A stretch of DNA of 64,000 nt from the human T2T-CHM13v2.0 reference genome, Homo sapiens. Positions 17,876 through 33,640 of this stretch are shown here, in pieces (the first letter of the stretch is position 1; each line of letters opens with the position of its first letter). The notes under the pieces were generated by a model. It was not told the DNA's origin. It made no database searches and was given only the letters and a program-made list of their open reading frames with translations. The position numbers were made by a program, and so were the translations under genes. Location: assembly GCF_009914755.1 (NCBI RefSeq), contig NC_060928.1. One strand, written 5' to 3'.

Positions 17876-19314
17876 TTATATGGAAAATTGATATAAATAA
17901 AAAATGACACAACTCAATAAAAATGGTCACATATTTTCAAAATGTACTTCACTAAAAAGGGTATAGGAATGCCCAATAAGCATGTTAAAAGAAAGTGCCT
18001 AACACAGTCAACAGAAAAGTGCAAATTTAAGCCAAAACAGGCTACTATTTCACACCTACTAGAATGCTGGCAAGGATGTGGAGCAGATTTTGTTTTACTC
18101 ATACTGTTTTAAGGCCCACTCAGAGAAACAGCATGCTGTTCTTTGTTCTAAATTTGGAAGATAAATTTAATCTAATGGAAATCTTTTGTCAGATTAAAGC
18201 ATCAGCTCACTTCAGTTTTCTACCTTCACCCTGGCAGCAGTTTCAAGCCTTAATTGATCTCATCCTTTCCTCAGTCCCTGCAGCTTTGATAACTAACTGC
18301 TCCTGCACAACTGTGTGGTTACCCAGCAGCCTCCCTTTCTGTCAACTTCCATCTGGATGCATTGCCCTCAGGTGCCCTGAGGATGAATGAGGAGGCTTTA
18401 TTGGGTCATAGTCCTGGAACAGCCTTTAGTGTGTAGAGGGTGGGAATCAGTCATTTGTTTACTTACATCTATGGAAAAGTAGACCAGAATTAGGATCAAG
18501 ACAGGCTCTGTGGATTGGCCATGTTATGGGTTTTTGTAAGTTGTACTCAACTCAGCCACAGAGAAAGGTAGAACATGAGAAATATTTATCTGTGCTAGAA
18601 ACTCTGTAGGGCCTACACACACATTTCATTGAGTTTTAGCACAAGCCTATGAGATTGGTATTTCTACTGAATATCAGAGACCTTCAAATGCTTTTACTAA
18701 GCTCACCCAGCTAGTAAAGGTTTGAGCTGAGATTTAAGCATACTTCCTTGTGACTTCCCTACTATTGTGTATATTTATTTAAGACTCACAAGTGAGTTCA
18801 GCAAACTATCATGGTAAATGAATAGAAATAAAATCATCCAGACCCCAGAGGTAGATAGGAGTAAGTCAGGAACACATTAACTCCAGCTAAGGAACTGGAG
18901 AGGAAAAGAAGCAAAGGCAAGTAGACAAAGAACCATGCGGGCCTTGGAAATCAAGCAAAGTATTCAATATTTCCCCTGCATCACTCATCTGATACAATCC
19001 ACTCATTGTTTTCACTTAACTGTTACTATTATGATGAAGACTCAGTACTTGTAGTTTAGCAAATCGCCATATACCTAATTCATTGTAGATGACCACAAAT
19101 ATTGAGTTCTGCCATTTATCACAGTCACCATGAAAGGGAGGTTTGAATCAGACTATGATGGCTTATTTAGGGATTTGTGAGAATCTCACCAGGGTTCAAA
19201 TAGCTTGTAATTTTTTTTTAATTATGTCTTTCTGCTTGAAAATACCAGAGCATAGTAATGCAGAGGATTTTGGGGGAGTGAGGGAGACTTAGTTCAGACA
19301 CCTGATCTTTTTGA

Positions 19315-21990
19315 GAATTTTTAAAATTCAGATATAATTCACACAGTACAATATTTATCCTTGAAAGTAATTCTGTGACTTTAGTTTAATCACAAAGGTG
19401 ATTAATCATCACCAGCATCTAATGTCAAAATGTATCACCTCTCAAAGAAACCCATTAACAGACACTCCCCATAATCCCTCTCCCCAGCCCATGGAAGTCA
19501 TTAATCTACATTCTGTCACTATTTATTTGCATAACTGGACATTTCATATAGGTGAAATCAAATAATATATTGCCTTTTGTGTTTGATATCTTTCAATTAA
19601 CATTTTCAAAGTTCATCCATGGCTAAATGATATTTGTTTGTATAAACACACCACATTTTATTTATTAATAAGCTGATGGACATTTGACTTGCTTCCACTT
19701 GTTGGCTACCATGAATAATGCTGCTGTGAACAATTGTGTACAAATTTTTATGTAGACGTGTTTTAATTTCTCTTGGTTACATATTCTAAGTGTATTTGTT
19801 GGGTCATGTGGAATCTCTAAGTTCATATTTTTGAGAAACTGCCAAACTAGATTTCAAAGAGCCTATACAAGTACCACCAGAGAAGTATGAGGGTGATTTT
19901 CTGCATCCTTATCAACACAAACGATTGTCTTTTTATTACAGCCATCCTAGTGAGTATGAAGTGGTGTCTCATTGTGGTTTGATTTGCTTTTCTTTAATAC
20001 CTAATTATGTTTCATGTGTTTATTCAATATTAGTATATCATCCCTGGAGAAATATCTATTCAAATCGTTTGCCAATAAAAAATGGTGAAATTCACATGCC
20101 ATAAAATTATCCATTGTAAAGTGAACGATTTATTGGCAGTTAGTATATTCAAAATGTTATGCCTCTATCTAGTTCCAAAAAGTTTCAAAACATTTTCATC
20201 ATCCCGAAAGCATCCTCATACACATAAGGCAATTACACCCCATACTCTAGTCCACAGAGCACCAGGTAACCATTAACCCATTCTATTTTTATGGACTTAC
20301 CTATTGTGTATATTTCATATAAATAGAATTATATAATATGTGACCTTTGGTGTCTGGCTCTGGTTTCTCCCACTTAACATGTTTTTTTTGACGTTCATGC
20401 TTGTTGAAGGACCTATTAGTATGGGGTTTCTTTCTATTGCTGAGTAATATTTAGTTGTATGCATATGCCAATTTTTTTTCATCCATTCATCCACTGATGG
20501 ACATTAGGTTATTTCCATCTTTTGGCAAATATGAATAACACCATTATGAACATGTGCGTACATATATTTGTGTGGGTACCTACTTTGCATTCTTTAGGTG
20601 TCCATCTAGGAATGCAATTGTGTCTCATATGGTAATTTCATGTTTAACATATTGAGGAATCAACAGAAAGTTCTCTACAGTGGCTGAACTGGTTTATATT
20701 TCCACCAGCAATGTAGAAGCATCTAAATTTTCCACATCCCTGACAACACCGGATATTTAAATTTTTACAGCTATCCAATTGGGTGTGAAATATCTCATTG
20801 TTGTTTTGATTTGCATTTTCTTCATTATTAATGATGTTGAGCATCTTTTCATACACTTTTTGATTATTTGTATATCTTCTTTAAAGAAATCTCTACTCAA
20901 GACCTTGCCTGTTTGATTGAATTGCTTGTCTTTTAATTTTTAATTTTTAATGTTTGTGGGTACATAGTAGGTGTATGCATTTATGGGGTACATGAGATAT
21001 TCGGTACAGGTGTCTTTTTGTTTTTGAATTGCAAGTGTTCTTTATGTATTTTGCATTTTAGATCCTTATCAGATACATGATTTTCAGATATTTTCTCTAA
21101 TTCAGAAGGTTGTCTTTTCAATTTCTTATTAAAGTACTCTGATTCACAATAGTTTCAAATTTTTATGAAGCCCAATGTATCTATTTCTATCTTTTTTTGC
21201 TCATGCATTTGATGCCCGATTTGATGTCTGATTTGAGGTATTTCTTTTTCACAATGTGAGGTAGGTGTCCAACATCATTTTTTAAAATAATAATGTCTAT
21301 CTAGTTTATCTAGTACCATTTGTTGAAGATACTATATTTTCTTCTCAAGATCCTACATAATCTCGACACCCTTATTTAAAAAGTTGGTGATAGATGTATG
21401 GGATTATTTCTGAACTCTCAATTATTGGTCTCTTACTTTATATCAATATCACACAGTTTTGATTAATGTAGCTTTGGAGTAAATATTAAAATCAGTTGGT
21501 ATGAATCTCCTCTTTGTTTTTTCCTTCTCAATATTACTTAAAGATCAACTTTCCCATTTAGGCCAAAAAAAAAAAATAAAAAGCTGTTGATAGAGATTTC
21601 ACTGAATCTATGAAATGCTTTAGGTAATATTAGTATTATAATATTAAAATCTTAATTCCATAAACACAGGGTATCTTTCCATTTATCTAGGTCTTCTTTA
21701 ATTTATTTCAGTAATGTATTGTTTTCAATGTACATGTCTTTCACCTTTTGGGTAAAACTTTCCCTATGTATTTAATTCTGTTTGATGCTATCATACATCA
21801 GGTGAAGTTTTTGATATCATTGGCTTGCTCGTTGCTAATGTAGAGAAACACAACTGATTTCTTCATGTTGGCCTTGTACCCTGAAACTTTGCTGTATATG
21901 TTTATTAAATGTCATACTTTAAAAAATAGATTGCTTGGTATTTATTATGTATAGGATTATGTTATGCATGAAGAGATAGCTTTACTTCTT
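19315..21990 (-). mobile_element. Two L1MB-type 3' ends in tandem (~19315-20075 and ~20080-21990)
   Basis: Reverse-strand L1 3' UTR/ORF2 sequence occurs twice (e.g. CTGATGGACATT at ~19673 and ~20493, TCTCATTG.TGTTTTGATTTGC at ~19966 and ~20793). Confidence 0.8.
20933..21010 (-). mobile_element. Very short 5'-truncated L1MA1-3-like 3' end
   Basis: TTTGTGGGTACATAGTAGGTGTAT...GGGGTACATGAGATATT flanked by TSD TGTCTTTT. Confidence 0.75.
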
Positions 21991-22019
21991 TCTTTCCAAA
22001 TTTGAGGCTCATTCTTTTA

Positions 22020-22118
22020 CTATTTTTTTTCTTATTTCCTTCCTTACTTCCCTCCTTCTTTGACCCTCTGCTCCTCCTCTCTCCCTCCTTCCATTCTTTC
22101 TTCCTTCCTTCTTTCCAC
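22020..22118. repeat. Pyrimidine-rich (CCTT-like) low-complexity tract
   Basis: TTCC/CTCC runs. Confidence 0.7.
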
Positions 22119-24019
22119 AGATGCTAGGTCAGCTCCAAAAGAGATATCAATAACCTCACATCAAGTCCCTAAATTAAGGAAAATGTTTATTTAAAAAAAA
22201 AGATCTAATTATCTAATACCTTTATTAGGCTCAGTGGCACTTTCTTTGGAGAAAGTGCTATTTTTCTCCTTTATAAGAAACTTCATCTATTTTTAGCTCT
22301 GCCTTAAGCCTGGATTTCAGTGTATTGAGCCTTGCTTCAGAGAAGTATTTAGGTCACTTTATTTCCTGCCCACACACAACTACTTCTACTCCATTACAAT
22401 TTTCTAGTAATTCTCTCTGCCTCTAGAGATATTTTTTCTAAGATTCAATCAGTTGAACTGCATTCTGCTACTTTGTAAAATCACATTTAAAGATATTGTC
22501 CACTTTGTTCTTCAGAACCCTTTGTCAAGAACTCATAGGATACCTTACCACTTGAGTTCAGTTCTAGAAAAAATAAATGTATCCAAAGACAAAACTGAAC
22601 TGCTTTCTCTTTTTAGTAAATTCAAACAACTTGTTACTCTTATTGCCTAATGTGGCAAAACAATAGGGTCAACTTCACTACACAAATTTGTAATCTGCTC
22701 CACCTAGGTGTCCAGATACAACTACCCTAAGATTTGCTCAATGTGTTTTCTATTTGTTTTGTCTTGAAATATGTAATCTTCTAGAAATAGGTAAATACTA
22801 AAATTGCAAGTAACTGAAGGGACAGCCCAGTCTATCTTTATCATTTTACAGATGGAGAAACACATGCAGACATGGCTTCATCCAACTTTAAGCTTGAAAT
22901 TTTACTGCATTTTTTTCTTTTTAAAATTTACACTCTACTTTGCTTATAAAATAGGAATAGGGTACTGGAGATATATGTGGATATATAAAGAATAAAAAAA
23001 CTACCATTTATTGAGTAACAGGTAGGTTTCTAGATCCTTTATAAACATCATCTCTAATCCTTGTTACCAAATTGTACGAACTAGGAAACTAAACTCTAGA
23101 GGCTATATCTTTTTAAAAGGTCACAACGTGTGTGGTTTGAACCATAATTTAAAACTAGACCCACCTGTATTTAAATGTTAACTTTTTTTTTAACTTATGT
23201 AATGTCATATAATAAAAGCACAATACAATAATTTTGTACTATTAACTTGGAATAAAACCTCAAATCAAGTATTACAACTATAGATGTGGGTTTTATCAAC
23301 CTCTTTTCTCCCTTGGCAAATCTATGATAGAGGTTATACACGGTGAAATCATTTATAAAGCTTCTTTGTATTAAGACATTGAAAAATTGGCACCGATTTT
23401 ACTAATGAGATAGGCAGTAGTCCACCTCTTTACTTTTTCTCTTTTAAAATGTTTTGAGTCCAGATACATTCAGATATGATGGCTGGAGGTGCAACAATCA
23501 TATTATGACCATGGGGAGAAGGCAAGAGTAGATTGGCACTAAATTTTTGAGCTACTGACCCAAACCAATGGCTTCCTAACTTTGAATTTTATTTTACATG
23601 AAAAAAACAAAGACCTTGGTAACCAAGTTTTCTGGTGTGTATTTTAGGCTAAAATATTCTTTATTGATACATATTATCTCATCAGGCATTTATATATATA
23701 TTATTATATATAGGACTTTAAAATATAAAATATGCATATTATAGGATTATAGTCAGATTACAAATTCATAGCACACTTTAGTTAATACTGTACCTGGATT
23801 TTTAAAATTAACTGGGTTAAGGAAAATCTTGAAGCATTTTCCAGTTGGCTGTTCTTCTGTCTCCTAGGATTTTTAGGCTATGTTCCCTGGATGTGCCACT
23901 ACTGCAAATCATCAAGCATCATTTATATTGAAGAAATCTTGGTGATCTCAGAGGCAGTTGTTGCACTTTACAGAATAAGAGTACCATATAGATACACTAC
24001 TAACAGTAAACTTAAACCA

Positions 24020-24965
24020 CCATAATTTCTTGCTTGAACTACTGCAATAGTCAAGTAACTGACTTCCATTCGAACCCCCCTACAAAGTCTTATCTATACA
24101 GTAAACCATAATTTTTAAATAACTTATCAGATCAATGTCTCCTATCACCTATGCTTGAGGTGTTTCAATTGCATCACATTACATGCCCCAGAAAGCCCTG
24201 TATCTTGTGCCATTGCATCCCTCCTTCATTCATCAACCTTAAGCTACAGCTTTAGGTATTTCAAGATTTGTCCCATCTCAGGCTTTTGCACTTGTTGTTT
24301 TCACTGCATGGAATGTTCTCTTGGCTCTGCTCTTGACTGGATCTTCTGTATCCTCCAGTATTAGTTTTTATTTTTTCCATTAGACGCCTTCCCTGAATAA
24401 CTCTATGCTATTATGCCTCCCAGGATTCTGCTTATTTCTTTTTAAATACTTATCATCATCTTTAATTATTTCCCTCACTTCCCCGTTTATTTTTGTAGTT
24501 TTATACCCATGACTACAATGTAAATTCCACAAGGAAATATCTAGTCTCATTTCATAGTATTCTTAGTCCTAAGAATGGAGCCTGCACATAGGAGGCTGAT
24601 ATAGTTTGGCTGTGTCCCCCGTGTCATGGGAGGCACCAGGTGAAAGTAGTTGAATCATGGGGACAGTTACCCCCATGTTGCTGTTCTCATGATAGTGAGT
24701 GTGTCCTCACGAGGTCTGACGGTTTTATAAGGGGCTTTTCCTCCTTTTGTGTAGCACTTGTCCGGGCTGCCACCATGTGAAGAAGGACATGTTTGCTTCA
24801 TTCTGCCACAGTTTTAAGTTTCCTGAGGCTTCCCCAGTCATGCTGAACCATGAGTCAATTAAACCTCTTTCCTTTATAAATTATCCAGTCTTGGGTATAT
24901 CTTTATTAGCAGGGTGAGGACAGACTAATACAGAGGTACTCAATAAATCATGGTTGAATAAATGA
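24020..24965 (+). mobile_element. L2 3' region, interrupted by a THE1 LTR
   Basis: CCATCTCAGGCTTTTGCACTTG and the L2 tail GCCTGCACATAG|GAGGTACTCAATAAAT...TTGAATAAATGA. Confidence 0.7.
24597..24932 (+). mobile_element. THE1B/C solo LTR with an internal ~40-bp deletion
   Basis: TGATATAGTTTGGCTGTGTCCCC...GACTAATACA, TSD GAGGC/GAGGT. The segment between the two CCCCAC motifs is missing. Confidence 0.9.
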
Positions 24966-25059
24966 TTATACCGTGACTGATATTAGCAAGCCAGTGAAAT
25001 GGAGATCTCTAAAATGGAAACCACTTGGAATGCCACAGTGACTGCTGGAGCAACTTTTT

Positions 25060-25344
25060 CTTTTCTTTTTCTTTATTTTGAGACGGAGTCTTGCTCTGTC
25101 ACCAGACTGGTGTGATCTCAGCTCACAGAGCCTCTGCCTCCCAGTCTCAAGTGATTCTCATGGCTCAGCCTCTTGAGTAGCTAGGACTTCAGTCATGTGC
25201 CACCACTCCCAGGCTAATTTTTGTATTTTTAGTAGAGATGGGGTTTCACCGTGTTGTTGGTCTCAAACTCCTGAGCTCAAACGATCTGCCCACCTCAGCC
25301 TCTCAAGGTGCTGGGATTGCAGGCATGAACCACCATACCCAGCT
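25060..25344 (-). mobile_element. Alu (old S/J)
   Basis: Reverse Alu dimer with degenerate TSD CAA(C/T)TTTT(T)CTT. Confidence 0.9.
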
Positions 25345-25479
25345 GCCAATTTTTCTTAATTATGAAAAAGGTAGAATTTTAAGCTCAATTTTAACTGGTC
25401 TGACAAAATAACTACTACCACATATTTTATTGCATTAATGAAATACTGTTCTTTATATGATTTTTTTATATTATCAAGT

Positions 25480-25806
25480 GTATGAGTTAGGGATTTCTGA
25501 AGCAGCACACCAATTATATAAAAATATATTTAGGAACATATATATTTATATATAAGATATATAATTTTATACATCTTATGTATAATTTGGATTCTCCACA
25601 GAACTGAATTCTCAACATGCCTTGGAGAAATACAAAGGAAAGACAAAATAACATAAGAAAAGCATCCAAAAATTATCAGTTAGGATCTAATGTGGTGTGA
25701 TGGTTAACTTTGTGGGTCAACTTGGCTAGGCCATTATACCCAGATATTTATTATTATATAATTAAATATATAATTCATATATAAGCATATATATGTGTGT
25801 GTATAT

Positions 25807-25860
<54 letters not shown>

Positions 25861-26149
25861 GCAAGAGAGAGTTTAAGAAATTAGCCCATATGATTGATTA
25901 CAATTACACATCTAAAAATTTCAGAGGATGCCAGTAAGGTAGGGACCCAGAAAAGAATAGCAGTTCAGTCTTTTCTGCTAAGACCTTCAAATAATTGGAT
26001 GTGTCCCAAAATTTTCTGTATTCAATGTCTACTTATTTACATATTAATCTTATATAAATATAGCTTCACAACAACATCTAGAATAATGTTTGGCCAAGTA
26101 TCTGGGTATAATGGCCTAGCCAAGTTGACATACATAATTAACCATCACA
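25480..26149 (-). mobile_element. MLT2 (ERVL) solo LTR with an expanded TA/CA microsatellite and an internal inverted insertion
   Basis: Left end TGTATGAGTTAGGGATTTCT...ACCAAT, right end CCTAGCCAAGTTGACA...AATTAACCATCACA, (CA)n(TA)n at ~25790-25860. Confidence 0.8.
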
Positions 26150-26259
26150 CCAAGTTAGATTTTTAATGATAATTTTAAGATGCTTTTCTTATGTTATTTT
26201 GTCTTTCCTTCATACTTCTCCAAGTCATGTGAAAAATTCAGTTCTGTGGAGAATCCAAA
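25586..26259. repeat. Long inverted repeat: arms 25586-25749 and 26096-26259 (164 bp, gapless, ~20 mismatches)
   Basis: Hand alignment of the left arm to the reverse complement of the right arm. Confidence 0.95.
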
Positions 26260-27549
26260 ATATTGGGGGATTTTTAAAGGAACAAGGCATAAAGAGAAGG
26301 TAGTAAATGAAAATATAATTAATTGATAATTTGATGCTACACTACAGCTAAATAATATTTCCAGCATATCTTTGCTAGTTGTTTTCCTTGCTCTGAGTTA
26401 GATCAGATGTGGGAAGAACAATTGTAGCATTATTCATTTTGGGCACATGTGGTGATTTCTATTCTGCCTTTTACTTTCTTATGACAAGTGATGGGAAACA
26501 TCACTTATTTGTTAATATTGAAGAGAGAGTCAAAAATAAATTTTGATGAAAATATTGTCAAATACAGAATTTCAGTATTTTTTCATGATAAGCTATAAGG
26601 ATCATCTTTAAAACACTGATTTAAGTATTTTCAATCCTATTTGATACTATTATTCACCGAGGTGCTGAAATTCATTGGATTTTTAAAATTAAATATCATT
26701 ATTATTAGAAAAGAAGTTTGTGGACAGGCTTCTATAAGTTTCCAGATTAAGAGAAGAAACATCACATCTGATTATGTCCTAGAATGTAAGTCAAAGTTCA
26801 TAAAGAAGCTGAAGATTAAATCAAGGCCAGCATATTGGCAGTTTGTAGGTAGCCCCTCACAATTTTTGTGAAGAGTATTATAGGTCTTCTTGAAGGATAA
26901 AGACCTTGTCTAACCTAACATATGAAAATATTCACACTGGTAAGTTCTACAGTGGGATTAAAGGTAAAACTCTCTTTGCAGAATTAAAATTAAGAAAATA
27001 CATATGACTTTGTCCACGGAACAAATTGGAAAACACTGTCAAAAATGTTACAACTAGAGGATGAAAGTACATTATATTTAGGTTCAAAGTGACTTTCTAA
27101 TTTTAGTGTTTTTCATTTGTACCCTTGGAGCAATGAGGCCCCGTGGAATATAACTTGGAAATGTAATACCAAGTAAACATTCTTAAAAATACATATGCTT
27201 AGAACTTCTAAATAAGGGGGGAAATTAAACCAACTCCCAGAAATACCTCCTCATCAGTCTCCTATAACAAGAAAACAGAAAATGGTTGAAGATTCAAGAA
27301 AACAGACCTTAATAAAAAGATCAACATGCAAAATTGAAATTAGTGCTGTTAGTGAACTCAACGTATAGATTTTTAGGCTAACAAGGGTGCAGCCTACTAT
27401 GTGATGAGAGATGACTTTGCTGACGATGGTTGTCTGGCTGTGCCTAGGCTGTCTGTGAACTAGGACCACCTGGAAAAAGAAAGGTCTCCTTAGCAAAGAT
27501 TCTTAAGGTTCTATATTCTCAAGAGTTCTATATGAACTCTTGGACTATC

Positions 27550-28012
27550 AAATTGATACTATGGATCCTTTCCCTCCTAAAAGTAATGTTAGAGCTGCAC
27601 AAAGTAAATAACTAAGATAGCAAGGAAATTACAGTTACATTTACATATAACTATTAAAATATTAACATAAAACCAATGTGTAATATAGTAATATAGATGT
27701 TTGTTTATTAATGTATGAAATAACAATATCTAGTGGCAGGTATCATAAATAACATGATAGCAGAATAATAATGAATGTAAATAATCTTGAGATATCTGCA
27801 ACATTTTTAATGTAATCTGAACTTATCTATAAATTATCTTAGTAGCAAAGTCATAAATACTGCATATATTACTGTGATTAGTTATCTAAGTTCATAATAG
27901 AAGGACAAGCTAAATTTAAATTAGAAGTTAGTGAAAACAAAATTTTTAAAAATAATTTTATTTCCAAAGTTACAAATTATTTGGAGGTCTGTGAAGCACA
28001 GGTTCAGAACTC
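27550..28012. mobile_element. hAT-Charlie DNA transposon (MER119-like)
   Basis: TAACAATATCTAGTGGCAGG, GAGATATCTGCAAC and TTAGAAGTTAGTGAAAA motifs, end CAGGTTCAGAACTCT. Family assigned from memory. Confidence 0.55.
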
Positions 28013-28077
28013 TTACACAGTAGTTCAGAACCTTAGTTTAACATCAAAGTCACAGGGGAGTTTAAAAAAAAGAGAGA

Positions 28078-30695
<2,618 letters not shown>

Positions 30696-30739
30696 ATTAC
30701 AATAACATTTAGCAATTGTTATGATGCTCCTCAATAATG

Positions 30740-30900
30740 TATTATACCTACTGCTAATTTCACTCTCTCCCCTACTAGAATGTGAGCCTCAAAAGAGCAG
30801 AAATGTTCACCTGATTTGTTTGCTGATAAGTCTCTAGGACCTTGAATAGTGCTTGGAAAATAGTTGTCACTCAACAAAGATTTTCAAATTAATAAGTGAA
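30740..30900 (+). mobile_element. L2 3' end fragment
   Basis: CTAGAATGTGAGCCTC...AGTGCTTGG...CTCAACAAA L2 tail. Confidence 0.65.
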
Positions 30901-30909
30901 AAATTTGAG

Positions 30910-33640
30910 AGAGGACAATTGCTTGACATAAAGAATGGTGTAACAATGGATTGAAGTAGAAGGAAACTGATGTGGTGCACACTTGGGAAATAGAACCACT
31001 GGGCTCTTATGATCCATCGTATGAGTTAAGGAAGTAGAAGAACTGCTAGATGACATTCAGATTTCTGGTATAAACAATGACTTAGGTGAAGATGGCATTT
31101 ACTGAAAGAGGGGATGTTGTAGCACAAGCAGATAAGAGTAGAAATAAGATGATTCTAGAAGTCTTAGAAATGTTCATACAGCTATGTCTAGGGGACACCC
31201 AAGTGTTGATCAATAGAAGTAGAGTTTTATGTAAATTTTAATACTGAGAGAGAGAGGAAGAGAGACAGAGAGAGAGAGAGAGAGACATACAGAAGGGTGG
31301 GGTGGGATAGAGAGAGAGAGAGATAGGCTATCACAGAATAGAGAGTGGGGTGTAATTAGGGAAATTAAAGCCAATGGAGAAGATTATACAGTGGATAGTA
31401 GGGTGCTTGGTAAAGCATTGCTGAAAGAATGAAGAGAAGCAACTCTAGGATAAAATGATGAATAACAAAAACAGTTAAGGTAAGGAAACATAAAATAACT
31501 ATGAAAATAAATTAATTGATGCCGCATAGTGGAGAATAAATCTTCAGCATTCCAGATGCAGAGTGAAAAGAGTGTTTGAAGAAAGAGTTGCTGATCAAAT
31601 ATTTTAGGTATATCAAGTATGTCAAAGTCTGAATATTTTCCAATAATTTTGGCAAGAATGATGATATTGGTAATATGCAAAGACAGTTTTAGCATAGTGT
31701 TAAAGATATTTTATTTACTTAAACAAAGCTTAGTTCTAAAAGTGAAGGCAGACATAAAGTGGTCAATGAATAGAAATGAGAAACTGAAGGACACTTTAAT
31801 GATATGAGAGATAATTTAGTGTATTTAACTAAAAAGAAAAAAGCAAATGGAGATGGGCCATTAAAAGATAGAGAATAATGATTCTGAATGTGATTGGATG
31901 AGTTCCTAGGAAGATGGGTCATACAGATAAAATGATCATTGTAGAGAAGATGCTATTTCCTCCTGTGGGAAAGAAACAGGGTACCAAAACAGAGATATAG
32001 ACCAATGGAACAGAACAGAGCCCTCGAAATAATGCCGCATATCTACAACCATCTGATCTTTGACAAACCTGACAAAAACAAGATATGGGGAAACGATTCT
32101 CTATTTAATAAATGGTGCTGGGAAAACTGGCTAGCCATATGTAGAAAGCTGAAACTGGATCCCTTCCTTACACCTTACACAAAAATTAATTCAAGATGGA
32201 TTAAAGATTTAAATATTAGACCTAAAACCATAAAAACTCTAGAAGAAAACCTAGGCAATACCATTCAGGACATAGGCATGGGCAAGGACTTCACAATTAA
32301 AACACCAAAAGCAATGGCAACAAAAGCCAAAATTGACAAATGGGATCTAATTAAACTAAAGAGCTTCTGCACAGCAAAAGAAACTCCCATCAGAGTGAAC
32401 AGGCAACCTATAGAATGGGAGAACATTTTTGCAACCTACTCATCTGACAAAGGGCTAATATCCAGAATCTACAAAGAAGTCAAACAAGTTTACAAGAAAA
32501 AAACAAACAACCCAATCAAAAAGTAGGTGAAGGATATGAACAGACACTTCTCAAAAGAAGAGATTTATGCAGCCATAAGACACAAGAAAAAATGCTCATC
32601 ATCACTGGCTATCAGAGAAATACAAATCAAAACCACAATGAGATACCATCTCACACCAGTTAGAATGGCAATCATTAAAAAGTCAGGAAACAACAGGTGC
32701 TGGAGAGGATGTGGAGAAATAGGAACACTTTTACACTGTTGGTGGGACTGTAAACTGGTTCAACCATTGTGGAAGTCAGTGTGGCGATTCCTCAGGGATC
32801 TAGAACTAGAAATACCATTTGACCCAGCCATCCCATTACTGGGTATATACCCAAAGGATTATAAATCATGCTGCTATAAAGACACATGCACACGTATGTT
32901 TATCGCAGCACTATTCACAATAGCAAAGGCTTGGAACCAACCGAAATGTCCAACAATGATAGACTGGATTAAGAAAATGTGGCACATATACACCATGGAA
33001 TACTATGCAGCCATAAAAAATGATGAGTTCATGTCCTTTGTAGGGACATAGATGAAGCTGGAAACCATCATTCTCAGCAAATGATTGCAAGGACAGAAAA
33101 CCAAACACTTCATGTTCTCACTCATAGGTGGGAATTGAACAATGAGAACACATGGACACAGGAAGGGGAACATCACACACCGGGGCCTGTTGTGGGGTGG
33201 AGGGATTTTGGGGAGGGATAGCATTTCGAGATATACCTAATGTTAAATGATGAGTTGCTGGGTGCAGCACACCAACATGGCACATGTATCCATATGTAAC
33301 TAATCTGCACGTTCTGTACATGTACCCTAAAACTTAAAGTATAATAAAAAAAAAAAAGGAAAGGAAAAAAAAAGAAAGAGGGTGACAAGGATGTTTGTTT
33401 TGCAAGTATGCTAGCTGGAAGTTGAGAGAATTCCTGTCTGGTGTCTCTCTTTTCCTCTGTAAATGTAAAAAATGATGTATTTATTGTGAGAATGATGGAA
33501 GATATGTTGGAGTTGGAAATGAAGGGAAGAGTGGAAGACCTGAAAACAAAAATGCCTTGGTGAGTGTAAGACAGTGATGAGAGACATTGGGAAACTGAAG
33601 CCTGTGTGAATTAGTGTGTATTATCAATTTCATCTCATGG
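30910..33640 (-). mobile_element. Diverged L2, interrupted by L1PA; includes a (GA)n tract at ~31245-31325
   Basis: Purine-rich reverse L2 motifs (GATGACATTCAGATTTCTGG, GGCATTTACTGA) on both sides of the L1PA insertion. Confidence 0.55.
31980..33357 (+). mobile_element. 5'-truncated L1PA3/L1PA4-like element (ORF2 C-terminus, 3' UTR, poly(A))
   Basis: ORFs 32005-32526 and 32527-33051 closely match the L1 ORF2p C-terminus ([27 protein letters not shown] cysteine-rich domain), interrupted by two TGG>TAG stops. TSD AAAGAAA(C/G)AG. Confidence 0.95.

Noticed and set aside
32005-33051. The two longest ORFs (173 and 174 aa) as a gene
   Set aside because: They are the stop-interrupted C-terminus of L1 ORF2p in a 5'-truncated L1PA copy, with no promoter or RT domain.
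32524-33051. Both stops are TGG>TAG (GG>AG), suggestive of APOBEC3G editing
   Set aside because: Only two events and no visible G>A hypermutation cluster, which is compatible with ordinary transitions.
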